Shown here in pieces: positions 36,965-45,298 of a DNA stretch of 58,858 nt. Within the stretch, counting starts at the first letter, position 1; each line of letters opens with the position of its first letter. The notes under the pieces were generated by a model, which searched no databases, had not been told where the DNA came from, and worked only from the letters and a program-made list of their open reading frames with translations. The stretch covers positions 1-58,858 of IMG/VR virus record IMGVR_UViG_3300025626_000030. One strand, written 5' to 3'. The DNA comes from a virus (lineage: Duplodnaviria > Caudoviricetes). The translations under genes were made by a program, and so were the position numbers.

Positions 36965-37331
36965 TCTAAGTAACGAAGTAACGGAAGAAGAAGTAGAAGC
37001 CCAACTGCCGAAACCTGTGGGATATAGGGTTTTAGTGGCTATGCCGGAAGTAGATGATACTTATGGTAGTAGCGGCATCATTAAGTCGAGTAAGGAAATG
37101 CACAACGAGCACATCATGTCGATCATGGGGCTTGTGTTGGATATGGGCGATGGTGCCTATTCTGATAAAGAGCGCTTCCCTACAGGGCCGTGGTGTAAAC
37201 AAGGTGACTACGTAATGTTCCGCATGAACACTGGAACGCGTTTTAAAGTAGAAGGTGTTGAGTATCGTCTGATGAACGACGATTCAATTGAAGCTGTAGT
37301 AAGTGACCCCCGTGGCATAACACGAGCGTAA
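36948..37331 (+). CDS. groES: GroES-like co-chaperonin
   Basis: PVGYRVLV, SGII mobile loop, VLDMGDG, KQGDYVMF and YRLMNDDSIEAVV. Confidence 0.85.
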   Translation: MMTMTDLSNEVTEEEVEAQLPKPVGYRVLVAMPEVDDTYGSSGIIKSSKEMHNEHIMSIMGLVLDMGDGAYSDKERFPTGPWCKQGDYVMFRMNTGTRFKVEGVEYRLMNDDSIEAVVSDPRGITRA

Positions 37332-37342
37332 GGAGAGATAGT

Positions 37343-38347
37343 ATGGGATTTCAACCAGTAGAGTACAAACTTCCGCATGAGCAGGAAGAAACCAAGCTAG
37401 AGATAGAGTCTAGCGGGTCAGTAGAAATAGATATAACTGGCAAGAAAGAAGCTAAAGAGTACGAAAACGAGACAAAATCAGAAGAAAAAGAAATAGAAGT
37501 TGAGGTTGTTGATGATACGCCAAAAGCTGATAGGGGCCGCAAAGCTTCCGCACCCCCTGAAGAAGTTACCGACGAAGAACTTGAGGACTACTCTGAGAAG
37601 GTACGTAAACGCATCCAACACTTCAGTAAAGGCTACCACGATGAGCGCCGAGCGAAAGAGCAGGCTAACCGTGAACGTGAAGAGCTAGAAAACTTTGCCA
37701 AGACCCTTGTTGACGAGAATACCAAGCTAAAAGGCGACGTAGGTAAGAATCAAGCTGCTTTGCTAGAGCAAGCTAAGAAAAACTCAGCTATTGAAGTACT
37801 TAGTGCCAAACGCGCATATAAAAGAGCGTATGAAGCTGGCGACGCAGACAAACTGCTGGAGGCCCAAGAAAAGTTAACTACTGCTAAGATAAAAGTAGAT
37901 AAACTGGGTAATTACGAAGAGGGGGCTTTACAACAGGAAGAAGTTCCTGTACAAATGCCTCAAGAGACACGTCAAAAGCCAGATGCCAAAGCGTCCAATT
38001 GGGCAAGTGAAAATTCTTGGTTTGGTTCTGATGACGAGATGACAGCTTATGCTATGGGTGTCCATAGTAAACTTGTTAAACAAGGAATGGACACCACAAG
38101 TGACGATTACTACGAGACTATTAATTCTCGTATGCGAAACACCTTCCCCGAGGAATTTGAAGGGGAAACTGAAGAGCAAGAGGCCAAAACAACTAAGCGA
38201 CAGTCAAACGTGGTTGCCCCCGCTACGCGGAGCACAGCACCCAAAAAGGTGCGATTAACGCAGACACAGGTAGCTATCGCTAAGAAACTTGGAGTACCGC
38301 TTGAACTATACGCCCAAAAGGTTGCTGAAGAGATGAGGAAAATATAA
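37343..38347 (+). CDS. Capsid scaffolding protein
   Basis: Acidic coiled coil; C-terminal LTQTQVAIAKKLGVPLELYA; located before the capsid genes. Confidence 0.7.
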   Translation: MGFQPVEYKLPHEQEETKLEIESSGSVEIDITGKKEAKEYENETKSEEKEIEVEVVDDTPKADRGRKASAPPEEVTDEELEDYSEKVRKRIQHFSKGYHDERRAKEQANREREELENFAKTLVDENTKLKGDVGKNQAALLEQAKKNSAIEVLSAKRAYKRAYEAGDADKLLEAQEKLTTAKIKVDKLGNYEEGALQQEEVPVQMPQETRQKPDAKASNWASENSWFGSDDEMTAYAMGVHSKLVKQGMDTTSDDYYETINSRMRNTFPEEFEGETEEQEAKTTKRQSNVVAPATRSTAPKKVRLTQTQVAIAKKLGVPLELYAQKVAEEMRKI

Positions 38348-38796
38348 TGGCTAATAACAGACTTGATCGTGAACTAGAAACCCGTGCAAAAACGGTTCGT
38401 AAAGCAGCTTGGACTAGGCCAGAGGTTCTACCTTCGCCCCACCCCGAGCAAGGATACGCGTTTCGCTGGATTCGTGTGAGCACCCAAGGAAATATTGATG
38501 CTACTAATGTTTCTTCTAAAATACGTGAAGGTTGGGAACCTGTTAAAGCAACAGATCACCCAGAAATTACGCTTGTCGCTATTGAAAACGAAAGATTCAA
38601 AGACAACGTAGTTATTGGTGGCCTACTGCTTTGTAAAGCACCTACTGAGATGGTTGAACAACGTACTGACTACTACAACCAACAAAGTAAGGCACAGCTT
38701 AATTCTGTGGATAACAACCTTATGCGAGAGAACGATCCTCGTATGCCGCTATTTAGCGAGCGGAAATCTAAAGTTACCTTTGGTAAAGGTACCTAA
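38347..38796 (+). CDS. Conserved head-module protein
   Basis: FRWIRVS...REGWEPV...GGLLLCK. Confidence 0.65.
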   Translation: MANNRLDRELETRAKTVRKAAWTRPEVLPSPHPEQGYAFRWIRVSTQGNIDATNVSSKIREGWEPVKATDHPEITLVAIENERFKDNVVIGGLLLCKAPTEMVEQRTDYYNQQSKAQLNSVDNNLMRENDPRMPLFSERKSKVTFGKGT

Positions 38797-38823
38797 ACTA
38801 AAATTTATTTGGAGTAATTCAAA

Positions 38824-39432
38824 ATGGCTCTTACTGCCGCACCATACGGGCTACGCCCCGTAAAACGTGCTGACGGCCTGCCTTACGCAGGTGCTACGAC
38901 TCAGTACTTGATTGACCCTGCCGGAGAAGCTACTAACATCTTCAACGGACAGGTTGTGTTTATTGGCGCTGATGGATACATCGCTATCGCTACTGGTACT
39001 GGCGCTAACGCTGGCGCACAGGCATTCCCAGTTGCAAACAGCTTTACTGGCGCTCTAGGCGTGTTTATGGGTTGTGAGTACGTTAACGCGCAAGGTCAAG
39101 TGATCTTTAGCCAATACTACCCTTCTGGCACTACTGGTGTTGTTAAGGCTTACGTTGTTGACGATCCAAACGTATTGTTTCAAGTTCAGTTTGATGGCGC
39201 TGTTGACCAGTCTGACATCGGAGCTAACACGTTCTTCGCTGCTGCTCAAAGTACTGCTACTGGCGATACTGCTACTGGTAACTCTACAAGTGCAGTTGAA
39301 TCAACTACTGTAACAACCACTGCGGCATTCAGAATTGTTTCTGCCGTTTCCCCTCTGACTGATGCCTTCCCTGACGTACTTGTTAAGTTCAACGTCGGAT
39401 ACAACAGTTCAACTAACGCCGTAGGTCTATAA
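38824..39432 (+). CDS. Capsid decoration / minor capsid protein
   Basis: APYGLRPV...VVDDPNVLF, A/G/T-rich, immediately before the major capsid gene. Confidence 0.6.
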   Translation: MALTAAPYGLRPVKRADGLPYAGATTQYLIDPAGEATNIFNGQVVFIGADGYIAIATGTGANAGAQAFPVANSFTGALGVFMGCEYVNAQGQVIFSQYYPSGTTGVVKAYVVDDPNVLFQVQFDGAVDQSDIGANTFFAAAQSTATGDTATGNSTSAVESTTVTTTAAFRIVSAVSPLTDAFPDVLVKFNVGYNSSTNAVGL

Positions 39433-39443
39433 GGAGCTAACTA

Positions 39444-40352
39444 ATGGCTATTTCAAGAGCGCAGTTATTAAAAGAGTTACTCCCCGGCCTGAACGCCCTG
39501 TTCGGTTTAGAGTACGCAAAGTATGGTGAAGAGCACAAAGAGATTTTCGAGACTGAAACCTCTGACCGTTCTTTTGAAGAAGAAACTAAGCTGTCTGGTT
39601 TTGGCGCTGCACCTGTTAAGGGTGAAGGTTCTGCCATCGACTATGACAACGCGCAGGAAGCATGGAGCGCACGCTACACGCACGAAACCGTTGCAATGGG
39701 TTTCTCAATCACTGAAGAAGCGATTGAAGATAACTTGTATGACTCCTTGTCATCTCGTTACACCAAAGCACTGGCTCGCGCTATGGCATACACTAAGCAA
39801 GTTAAAGGCGCAGACATCCTGAACAACGCTTTTGCTGGCACTACCTTTGGTGACGGACAAGTACTTTGTTCTACTGCTCACCCATTGGTTAATGGTGGGG
39901 TTAACTCTAACCGTCCTGCGGTTGGTTCAGACCTTAACGAAACTTCTTTGGAAGCCGCTGTCATTCAGATCGCTGGCTGGACTGATGAGCGTGGTCTCCT
40001 GATCGCCTCTAAGCCTAAGAAGCTCGTTATCCCACCTGCCCTGCAATTCGTAGCAACCCGTTTGCTTGAGACTGAAGGACGTGTAGGCACTGCCGACAAC
40101 GATCTTAACGCCCTCAACAACAACGGCTCTGTTCCACAGGGTTATGCAGTTAACCATTATCTGACTGATACAGATGCTTGGTTCCTGTGTACTGACGTTC
40201 CTAACGGTCTGAAGCACTTCGTTCGTAGCCCAATGGCTACTTCTATGGACGCGGACTTCGATACTGGCAACAGCCGCTATAAAGCTCGTGAGCGTTACTC
40301 GTTCGGTGTATCTGACCCATTAGGTATCTTCGGTTCTCCCGGCGCTAACTAA
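39444..40352 (+). CDS. Major capsid protein (Mu gpT-like family)
   Basis: MAISRAQLLKELLPGLNALFGLEY...ITEEAIEDNLY...KARERYSFG; strong AAGGAG RBS; followed by a terminator. Confidence 0.9.
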   Translation: MAISRAQLLKELLPGLNALFGLEYAKYGEEHKEIFETETSDRSFEEETKLSGFGAAPVKGEGSAIDYDNAQEAWSARYTHETVAMGFSITEEAIEDNLYDSLSSRYTKALARAMAYTKQVKGADILNNAFAGTTFGDGQVLCSTAHPLVNGGVNSNRPAVGSDLNETSLEAAVIQIAGWTDERGLLIASKPKKLVIPPALQFVATRLLETEGRVGTADNDLNALNNNGSVPQGYAVNHYLTDTDAWFLCTDVPNGLKHFVRSPMATSMDADFDTGNSRYKARERYSFGVSDPLGIFGSPGAN

Positions 40353-40374
40353 TCGCTTAGTAACATGTTGTACT

Positions 40375-40399
40375 AGGGGGGCTTCGGCCCCCTTTTTTT
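40375..40399 (+). terminator. Intrinsic terminator after the major capsid gene
   Basis: GGGGGC-TTCG-GCCCCC-TTTTTTT (cUUCGg loop). Confidence 0.9.
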
Positions 40400-40403
40400 A
40401 TGT

Positions 40404-40433
40404 TTGACTTAAAGTTACACACTGTGATATGTT
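40404..40433 (+). promoter_or_regulatory. Possible sigma70-like promoter restarting transcription after the capsid terminator
   Basis: TTGACT-N18-TATGTT. Confidence 0.4.
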
Positions 40434-40440
40434 TACCCTT

Positions 40441-40516
40441 ATCGGGAAACAATCCGGTGAATCTGACAGACCCGACTGACGACATGTAGACAGATTTGCC
40501 TTAACTCACATGTGAG
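40441..40516 (+). ncRNA. Candidate structured RNA downstream of the capsid gene (Mu-gpT-DE-like position)
   Basis: Three interleaved complementary pairs: 40442-46/40471-75, 40456-65/40491-500 and 40482-87/40508-13. Confidence 0.5.
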
Positions 40517-40525
40517 AACTCTATA

Positions 40526-40996
40526 ATGGCTAATACTACTTTTTCCGGCCCTATCCGCGCCGGTAACATCCGAAACACCGTAGGTACTACTGTAGGTACT
40601 GACGTAGCTAACGTAGGCTATGTTGTAATGACTCAACAGCACGTAGCTGACCTATCAGGTGGCGCACTTACTGCATCATCTACTAATATAGTTATTCCCG
40701 CAAACTCTAAGATTGTTAACATTCTAGTTGACCTAGAGACGGCTGCTAATACAACTACTAATATAAGTGTTGGTCAAGCGGGTGGAAATAACAATACTTT
40801 CATTAACGCTATCGCTTCAGGCACAAGTGTAGGACTTAAAACAATTACCACGCAAGGTGGTGGTACGCTAGAGTGGAAAGATACGGGTTCTTCTGATCTA
40901 CGTCTTACTGTTACTTCTTCTGCTGGAACTAACGCAGGTAGCGCGGTAATCACTGTAATGTACGCACAGGCGTTTAACACTGCAATTCAACCGTAA
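40526..40996 (+). CDS. Virion structural protein (decoration-like)
   Basis: MANTTFSGPIR N-terminus, beta-rich, T/G/N-rich. Confidence 0.6.
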   Translation: MANTTFSGPIRAGNIRNTVGTTVGTDVANVGYVVMTQQHVADLSGGALTASSTNIVIPANSKIVNILVDLETAANTTTNISVGQAGGNNNTFINAIASGTSVGLKTITTQGGGTLEWKDTGSSDLRLTVTSSAGTNAGSAVITVMYAQAFNTAIQP

Positions 40997-41006
40997 GGAG
41001 TAGGTT

Positions 41007-41600
41007 ATGTCTTCTGACATTCAATCGACATTTATATCTGCGGCAGTAGCAAGTGCGACGGCTATATCCACCGCTGCGGGAGTAGGTAATAACGCTGCTC
41101 TCGTGCTTGTTGGGGGTAGTCCTTTTACCCTTGACGCGGCTAGGAAAATTACTATCACTTCTGCGGGCGACGATAGCGGAAAATCTTTTACTATTGTTGG
41201 ACTAGATCAAGATGGTAACGCCGCTACTGAAAGTCTTGTAGGCGCAGATACTGGCGTAGTAACAAGTGCTGGATATTACACTTCTATCACTTCTATTACA
41301 GCAGTGGGTAACCCTGCGGCCAATGTAAGCGCAGGTACTTCTAACAGCGTAGCAGCTCCTATATTTGGGGGTAGGTTACGTTTGAAGGGTCTATACGCAG
41401 TTAACACAGCTACAGCAGGTACTATTACGTTCAGAGAGACTAGCCCTACAGGCAATATCCGTATGCAGTTTGCTACGGTAGCTTCTGCGACTACTTCTGA
41501 ATACCCTGATGTACCGGACGATGGAATACTGTTTAAAGACGGAGGGTATATAGATTATTCCCCCGCCAACATGTCTTCTATAACTGTGTTCTATGCGTAA
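41007..41600 (+). CDS. Virion structural protein
   Basis: ARKITITSAGDDSGKSFTIVG...GILFKDG; GGAG RBS. Confidence 0.6.
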   Translation: MSSDIQSTFISAAVASATAISTAAGVGNNAALVLVGGSPFTLDAARKITITSAGDDSGKSFTIVGLDQDGNAATESLVGADTGVVTSAGYYTSITSITAVGNPAANVSAGTSNSVAAPIFGGRLRLKGLYAVNTATAGTITFRETSPTGNIRMQFATVASATTSEYPDVPDDGILFKDGGYIDYSPANMSSITVFYA

Positions 41601-41907
41601 TTACTACGCTAAAGGCGGGTCAGTAAGTAAAGGCACCGGTATGAAGGGCATGAGCCAGAAGAGCGGCGACAAGCGCTCTACTAAGTCCGGTGCCGGTATG
41701 ACTGCTAAAGGAGTAGCGAAGTACAGGAAGAATAACCCCGGCTCCAAGTTAAAGACTGCGGTTACCGAGGATAAACCCACTGGCAAGCGAGCAAGTAGGC
41801 GTAAGTCTTACTGCGCTCGTTCTGCGGGACAAATGAAACAGTTTCCTAAAGCGGCTAAAGACCCTAATTCAAGGTTGCGGCAAGCTAGGAAACGATGGAA
41901 GTGTTAG
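41593..41907 (+). CDS. Small basic protein (DUF6321-like)
   Basis: GMTAKGVAKYRKNNPGSKLK...RRKSYCARS...PNSRLRQARKRWKC. Confidence 0.65.
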   Translation: MRNYYAKGGSVSKGTGMKGMSQKSGDKRSTKSGAGMTAKGVAKYRKNNPGSKLKTAVTEDKPTGKRASRRKSYCARSAGQMKQFPKAAKDPNSRLRQARKRWKC

Positions 41908-41916
41908 GAGAATAAC

Positions 41917-42336
41917 ATGATGAACAGAAGCTCCATGCAAAAACAAATGATGAGTAAAGGCGGAAAGCTAAACATGGTCAAGGGGAAGGACGGTAAGATG
42001 GTTCCCGACTATGCGGCTGACGGCAAGGGCAAGATGAAAGCTGGTGGAATGGCCAAGGCGTATCAAGAAGGCGGCCCAGTAGTCCCCACTAAAGAAGAGT
42101 ACGAGGCTATGTCTCCAAAAGAAAAAGCAGCCCACGATAAAAAAGTTATGATGCAGAACTTGAATCTTAGTCCTAAAGAGGAAGCAGCCAAGAAAGCTAT
42201 GATGAAGAAAGACCCAGAAATGGGAAGGAAGAAACCCACCATGAAGTACAAGGAAGGTGGTATGGCTAAGAAGCCAAAGGCTAAAGCTCGCGGTTACGGC
42301 ATGGCTCGTGGTGGCAAAGTTTGTAAGATGCGCTAA
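41917..42336 (+). CDS. Small basic Met/Lys-rich protein with five xxxGG repeats
   Basis: MSKGGKL, MKAGGMA, YQEGGPV, YKEGGMA, MARGGKV; AGGAG RBS. Confidence 0.7.
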   Translation: MMNRSSMQKQMMSKGGKLNMVKGKDGKMVPDYAADGKGKMKAGGMAKAYQEGGPVVPTKEEYEAMSPKEKAAHDKKVMMQNLNLSPKEEAAKKAMMKKDPEMGRKKPTMKYKEGGMAKKPKAKARGYGMARGGKVCKMR

Positions 42337-42500
42337 TGCGTACTTACTACCGCAAAGAAACTAGCGCGTGTGGGTACAAGGAAGGTGGTACTGTAAAAGA
42401 CGCGTGCTACAAGAAAGTAAAGAAGCAATATAAAGTGTTCCCGTCAGCATATGCTTCGGGGGCCATTGCTAAATGCCGGAAGAAAAAGGCTGGTAAGTAA
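42336..42500 (+). CDS. 54-aa basic protein (not in the ORF track; DUF5872-like N-terminal part)
   Basis: Hand-translated MRTYYRKETSACGYKEGGTVKDACYKKVKKQYKVFPSAYASGAIAKCRKKKAGK*; TAATG coupling on both ends. Confidence 0.7.
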   Translation: MRTYYRKETSACGYKEGGTVKDACYKKVKKQYKVFPSAYASGAIAKCRKKKAGK

Positions 42501-42784
42501 TGCGTAAGAAGATACGCAAGACAGAGAAAGGTGCTTCGTTAAAGCGTTGGTTCAAAGAGGACTGGAAAGACGTTAGCACCGGTAAGGCGTGTGGTCGAAA
42601 GAAGGGAGACGGTCGTGGCACTCCATATTGCCGTCCTAGCAAACGGGTATCTGAAAAGACTCCTAAGACCTCTGGCGAGATGTCTAGCGCCGAGAAGAAA
42701 AAGAAGGTAGCCGAGAAGAAGAGTCTTGGCCAACCAGCAGGAAAACCTAGGCGTGTAACAGCCGCCAAAAGGAGAAAAAAGTAA
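42500..42784 (+). CDS. Small basic protein (DUF5872-like)
   Basis: SLKRWFKEDWKDV...CGR...PYCRPSKRVS..TPKT. Confidence 0.65.
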   Translation: MRKKIRKTEKGASLKRWFKEDWKDVSTGKACGRKKGDGRGTPYCRPSKRVSEKTPKTSGEMSSAEKKKKVAEKKSLGQPAGKPRRVTAAKRRKK

Positions 42785-42966
42785 TGGGTATGGGCGTCAA
42801 GCACTACAAAAAAGACGGTAAAGAACACAAAGGCGGTCTACACAAGATGGCTGATGGGAGTCTTCACACGGGCAAAACCCATACTAAGACTAGTGTAAAG
42901 TTGTTCCACTATGGCAATCTATCTAACAAAGCCAAAGTTAAAGCTAAATCAGGATGGGGTAAGTAA
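42784..42966 (+). CDS. Small basic His-rich protein
   Basis: HYKKDG...HKMADGSLHTGKTH; TAATG coupling. Confidence 0.65.
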   Translation: MGMGVKHYKKDGKEHKGGLHKMADGSLHTGKTHTKTSVKLFHYGNLSNKAKVKAKSGWGK

Positions 42967-43652
42967 TGGCTACATCAAATAGTGCGACGTTTAACATGGA
43001 GTTCACGGACATTGCCGAGGAAGCGTTCGAGCGTGCGGGACGGGAAATGCGCTCTGGGTACGATTTAAAGACCGCTAGACGTTCCATGAACCTGCTTACT
43101 ATCGAGTGGCAGAACCGTGGCATAAACATGTGGACTATAGATAGTGGAACTATTGACCTAGTTCAAGGACAGACGCAGTATCCCCTACCCGCAGATACCA
43201 TAGACTTACTAGAACATCAGGTACGCACAGGCAGTGGCAACGTGGCGACTCAATCTGATCTCAACCTAAGTCGTATTAGTGTGAGTACTTACGCGTCCAT
43301 CCCTAACAAGTTAACACAAGGCAGACCTATCCAACTTTATATAGAGCGGCTGCGAGATGCCCCCCTAGTAAATGTTTGGCCTGTGCCAGACACCAACGAC
43401 TACAAATTATACTACTGGCGTATGCGTAGGATCGAAGATGCGGGTAGTGGCGTACAGACTCCAGACATGAACTTTAGGTTCTTCCCCTGCCTAGTAGCGG
43501 GGCTAGCGTACTACATAGCAATGAAACTGCCGGAGATGATGGATCGGGTACCCCTACTTAAAGCGGTGTACGACGAGCAGTTTGAGCTAGCCGCAGGAGA
43601 GGATAGAGAGAAAGCGTCAGTTAGATTCGTACCCCGTATGGGATATATGTAG
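42966..43652 (+). CDS. Head-tail adaptor / tail tubular protein A-like
   Basis: EEAFERAG...ARRSMNLL...WQNRG...GRPIQLY...VWPVPD...GLAYYIA. Confidence 0.7.
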   Translation: MATSNSATFNMEFTDIAEEAFERAGREMRSGYDLKTARRSMNLLTIEWQNRGINMWTIDSGTIDLVQGQTQYPLPADTIDLLEHQVRTGSGNVATQSDLNLSRISVSTYASIPNKLTQGRPIQLYIERLRDAPLVNVWPVPDTNDYKLYYWRMRRIEDAGSGVQTPDMNFRFFPCLVAGLAYYIAMKLPEMMDRVPLLKAVYDEQFELAAGEDREKASVRFVPRMGYM

Positions 43653-43654
43653 TC

Positions 43655-44017
43655 ATGTCTAGCCAATTCGCCTCTAGTAAGAGAGCAATAGCCTACTGCG
43701 ACATATGCGGATGGGAATACAAACTAAAAGAACTACGTAGTCTAGTTGTCAAGAGCAGAGATACTAACATAAAGGCGTGTCCTGAGTGTTGGAACAAAGA
43801 CCATCCCCAGTTAAGGTTGGGAGAGTTTCCGGTCAATGATCCTCAAGCGTTACGTGATCCACGACCTGATACCAGTTTGGGTGAGTCAGGAGACTTTAGT
43901 AGTAGAGGCACTCAGTGGGGGTGGAACCCTGTAGGTGGCGGATTTGACCCCTATAATTTAACTCCTAATACTTTATTAATTAGTGGTATTATAGGCCAAG
44001 TTACAATAACGACTTAA
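43655..44017 (+). CDS. CxxC...CxxC zinc-ribbon protein in the tail module
   Basis: CDICG...CPEC...HPQL...DPQALRDPRPD. Confidence 0.65.
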   Translation: MSSQFASSKRAIAYCDICGWEYKLKELRSLVVKSRDTNIKACPECWNKDHPQLRLGEFPVNDPQALRDPRPDTSLGESGDFSSRGTQWGWNPVGGGFDPYNLTPNTLLISGIIGQVTITT

Positions 44018-44030
44018 TAGGAACAAAACG

Positions 44031-44183
44031 ATGAAAGAAGTAAAAGTAACCAAGAATAAGGGTGTGCAGCCCTACTCTAGTGCGTGTAAGCCGTGCATGG
44101 CTGACGTTAAAACTTCCGGTATCAAAGTTCGCGGTACTGGCGCAGCAACAAAAGGCACTATGGCTCGCGGCCCAATGGCGTAA
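44031..44183 (+). CDS. 50-aa basic protein (not in the ORF track)
   Basis: Hand-translated MKEVKVTKNKGVQPYSSACKPCMADVKTSGIKVRGTGAATKGTMARGPMA*; AGGAA RBS. Confidence 0.65.
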   Translation: MKEVKVTKNKGVQPYSSACKPCMADVKTSGIKVRGTGAATKGTMARGPMA

Positions 44184-44186
44184 ACT

Positions 44187-44819
44187 ATGAACTACACCGA
44201 ACTAAAAGCCAATATCCAAGACATTTGTGAGAACACGTTCACCGATGACCAGCTTGCTATGTTTACCCAACAAGCGGAGCAGAAGATATACAGCTCGGTT
44301 CAAATCCCTGCGTTGCGTAAACTAGATGACGGGCCATTAGTACAGACAAATAAGCTGTATACCTTGCCCAGTGACTTTTTATACACGTATAGCTTGGCCG
44401 TTATAAGCAATAGTACTTACACGTACCTGCTGAACAAAGATGTTAACTTTCTGCGGGAAGCCTACCCCGTAAACACTGCGGCTAACTACGGCACTCCCAA
44501 ATTTTACGCTTACTACGACGAGACTAAGCTAGAGTTTGCCCCTACGCCTGATGCTAACTACGAGATAGAACACATATACGGGTACTACCCTGCTTCTATA
44601 GTTACCGCAGGTACTACTTGGCTAGGTACAAACTTCGACTCCGCGTTGTTAAATGGCGCTTTGGTAGAAGCTATACGGTTTATGAAGGGCGAGCCAGACC
44701 TTGTTGCGAACTACGAAAAAATGTTTGCTCTGGCTATAGGACTGTTAAAGAACTTGGGTGACGGAAAGTTACGTCAAGACATGTATCGTTCTGGGCAATA
44801 TAGAGTTACCCCCACTTAG
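44187..44819 (+). CDS. Second adaptor-like tail protein
   Basis: MNYTELK...QAEQKIY...GTPKFYA...APTPDANY...ALLNGALVEA. Confidence 0.65.
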   Translation: MNYTELKANIQDICENTFTDDQLAMFTQQAEQKIYSSVQIPALRKLDDGPLVQTNKLYTLPSDFLYTYSLAVISNSTYTYLLNKDVNFLREAYPVNTAANYGTPKFYAYYDETKLEFAPTPDANYEIEHIYGYYPASIVTAGTTWLGTNFDSALLNGALVEAIRFMKGEPDLVANYEKMFALAIGLLKNLGDGKLRQDMYRSGQYRVTPT

Positions 44820-44829
44820 GTAAATACGA

Positions 44830-45267
44830 ATGTCAATCAGCCAAGCAATGTGTACTTCTTTTAAAGTCGCTCTACTAGACGCAGAGATGGATTTTAGTGC
44901 GAATACTACACAAACATTTAAGATAGCGCTGTACACTTCTAGTGCTAGTATAGACGCTACTACGACAGCTTACACCACTGATAACGAGGTAGTAGGCACG
45001 AACTACGTTGCGGGAGGAAATACGTTAACTATTTCTACTAACCCTACAAACGGAGGCTCTGGCACAGTAGCTTTCCTAGACTTTGCAGACACTACATGGG
45101 CATCATCTTCTATTACCGCCCGTGGCGCTTTAATATACAAGGCGGGGGGTACTAACCCTGCGATAGCCGTGTTAGATTTCGGGGCGGATAAAACTACTAA
45201 AACCAGCGCCTTTGTAGTGCAATTCCCCGCCGGTGATGCTGCTAACGCCATAGTGCGGGTAGCGTAA
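44830..45267 (+). CDS. Virion structural protein
   Basis: CTSFK..LL...FKIALYTS...ITARGALIY...VLDFGADKT. Confidence 0.65.
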   Translation: MSISQAMCTSFKVALLDAEMDFSANTTQTFKIALYTSSASIDATTTAYTTDNEVVGTNYVAGGNTLTISTNPTNGGSGTVAFLDFADTTWASSSITARGALIYKAGGTNPAIAVLDFGADKTTKTSAFVVQFPAGDAANAIVRVA

Positions 45268-45298
45268 ACAAATAACTTAGCCGTGTGAGGCCAAACAA

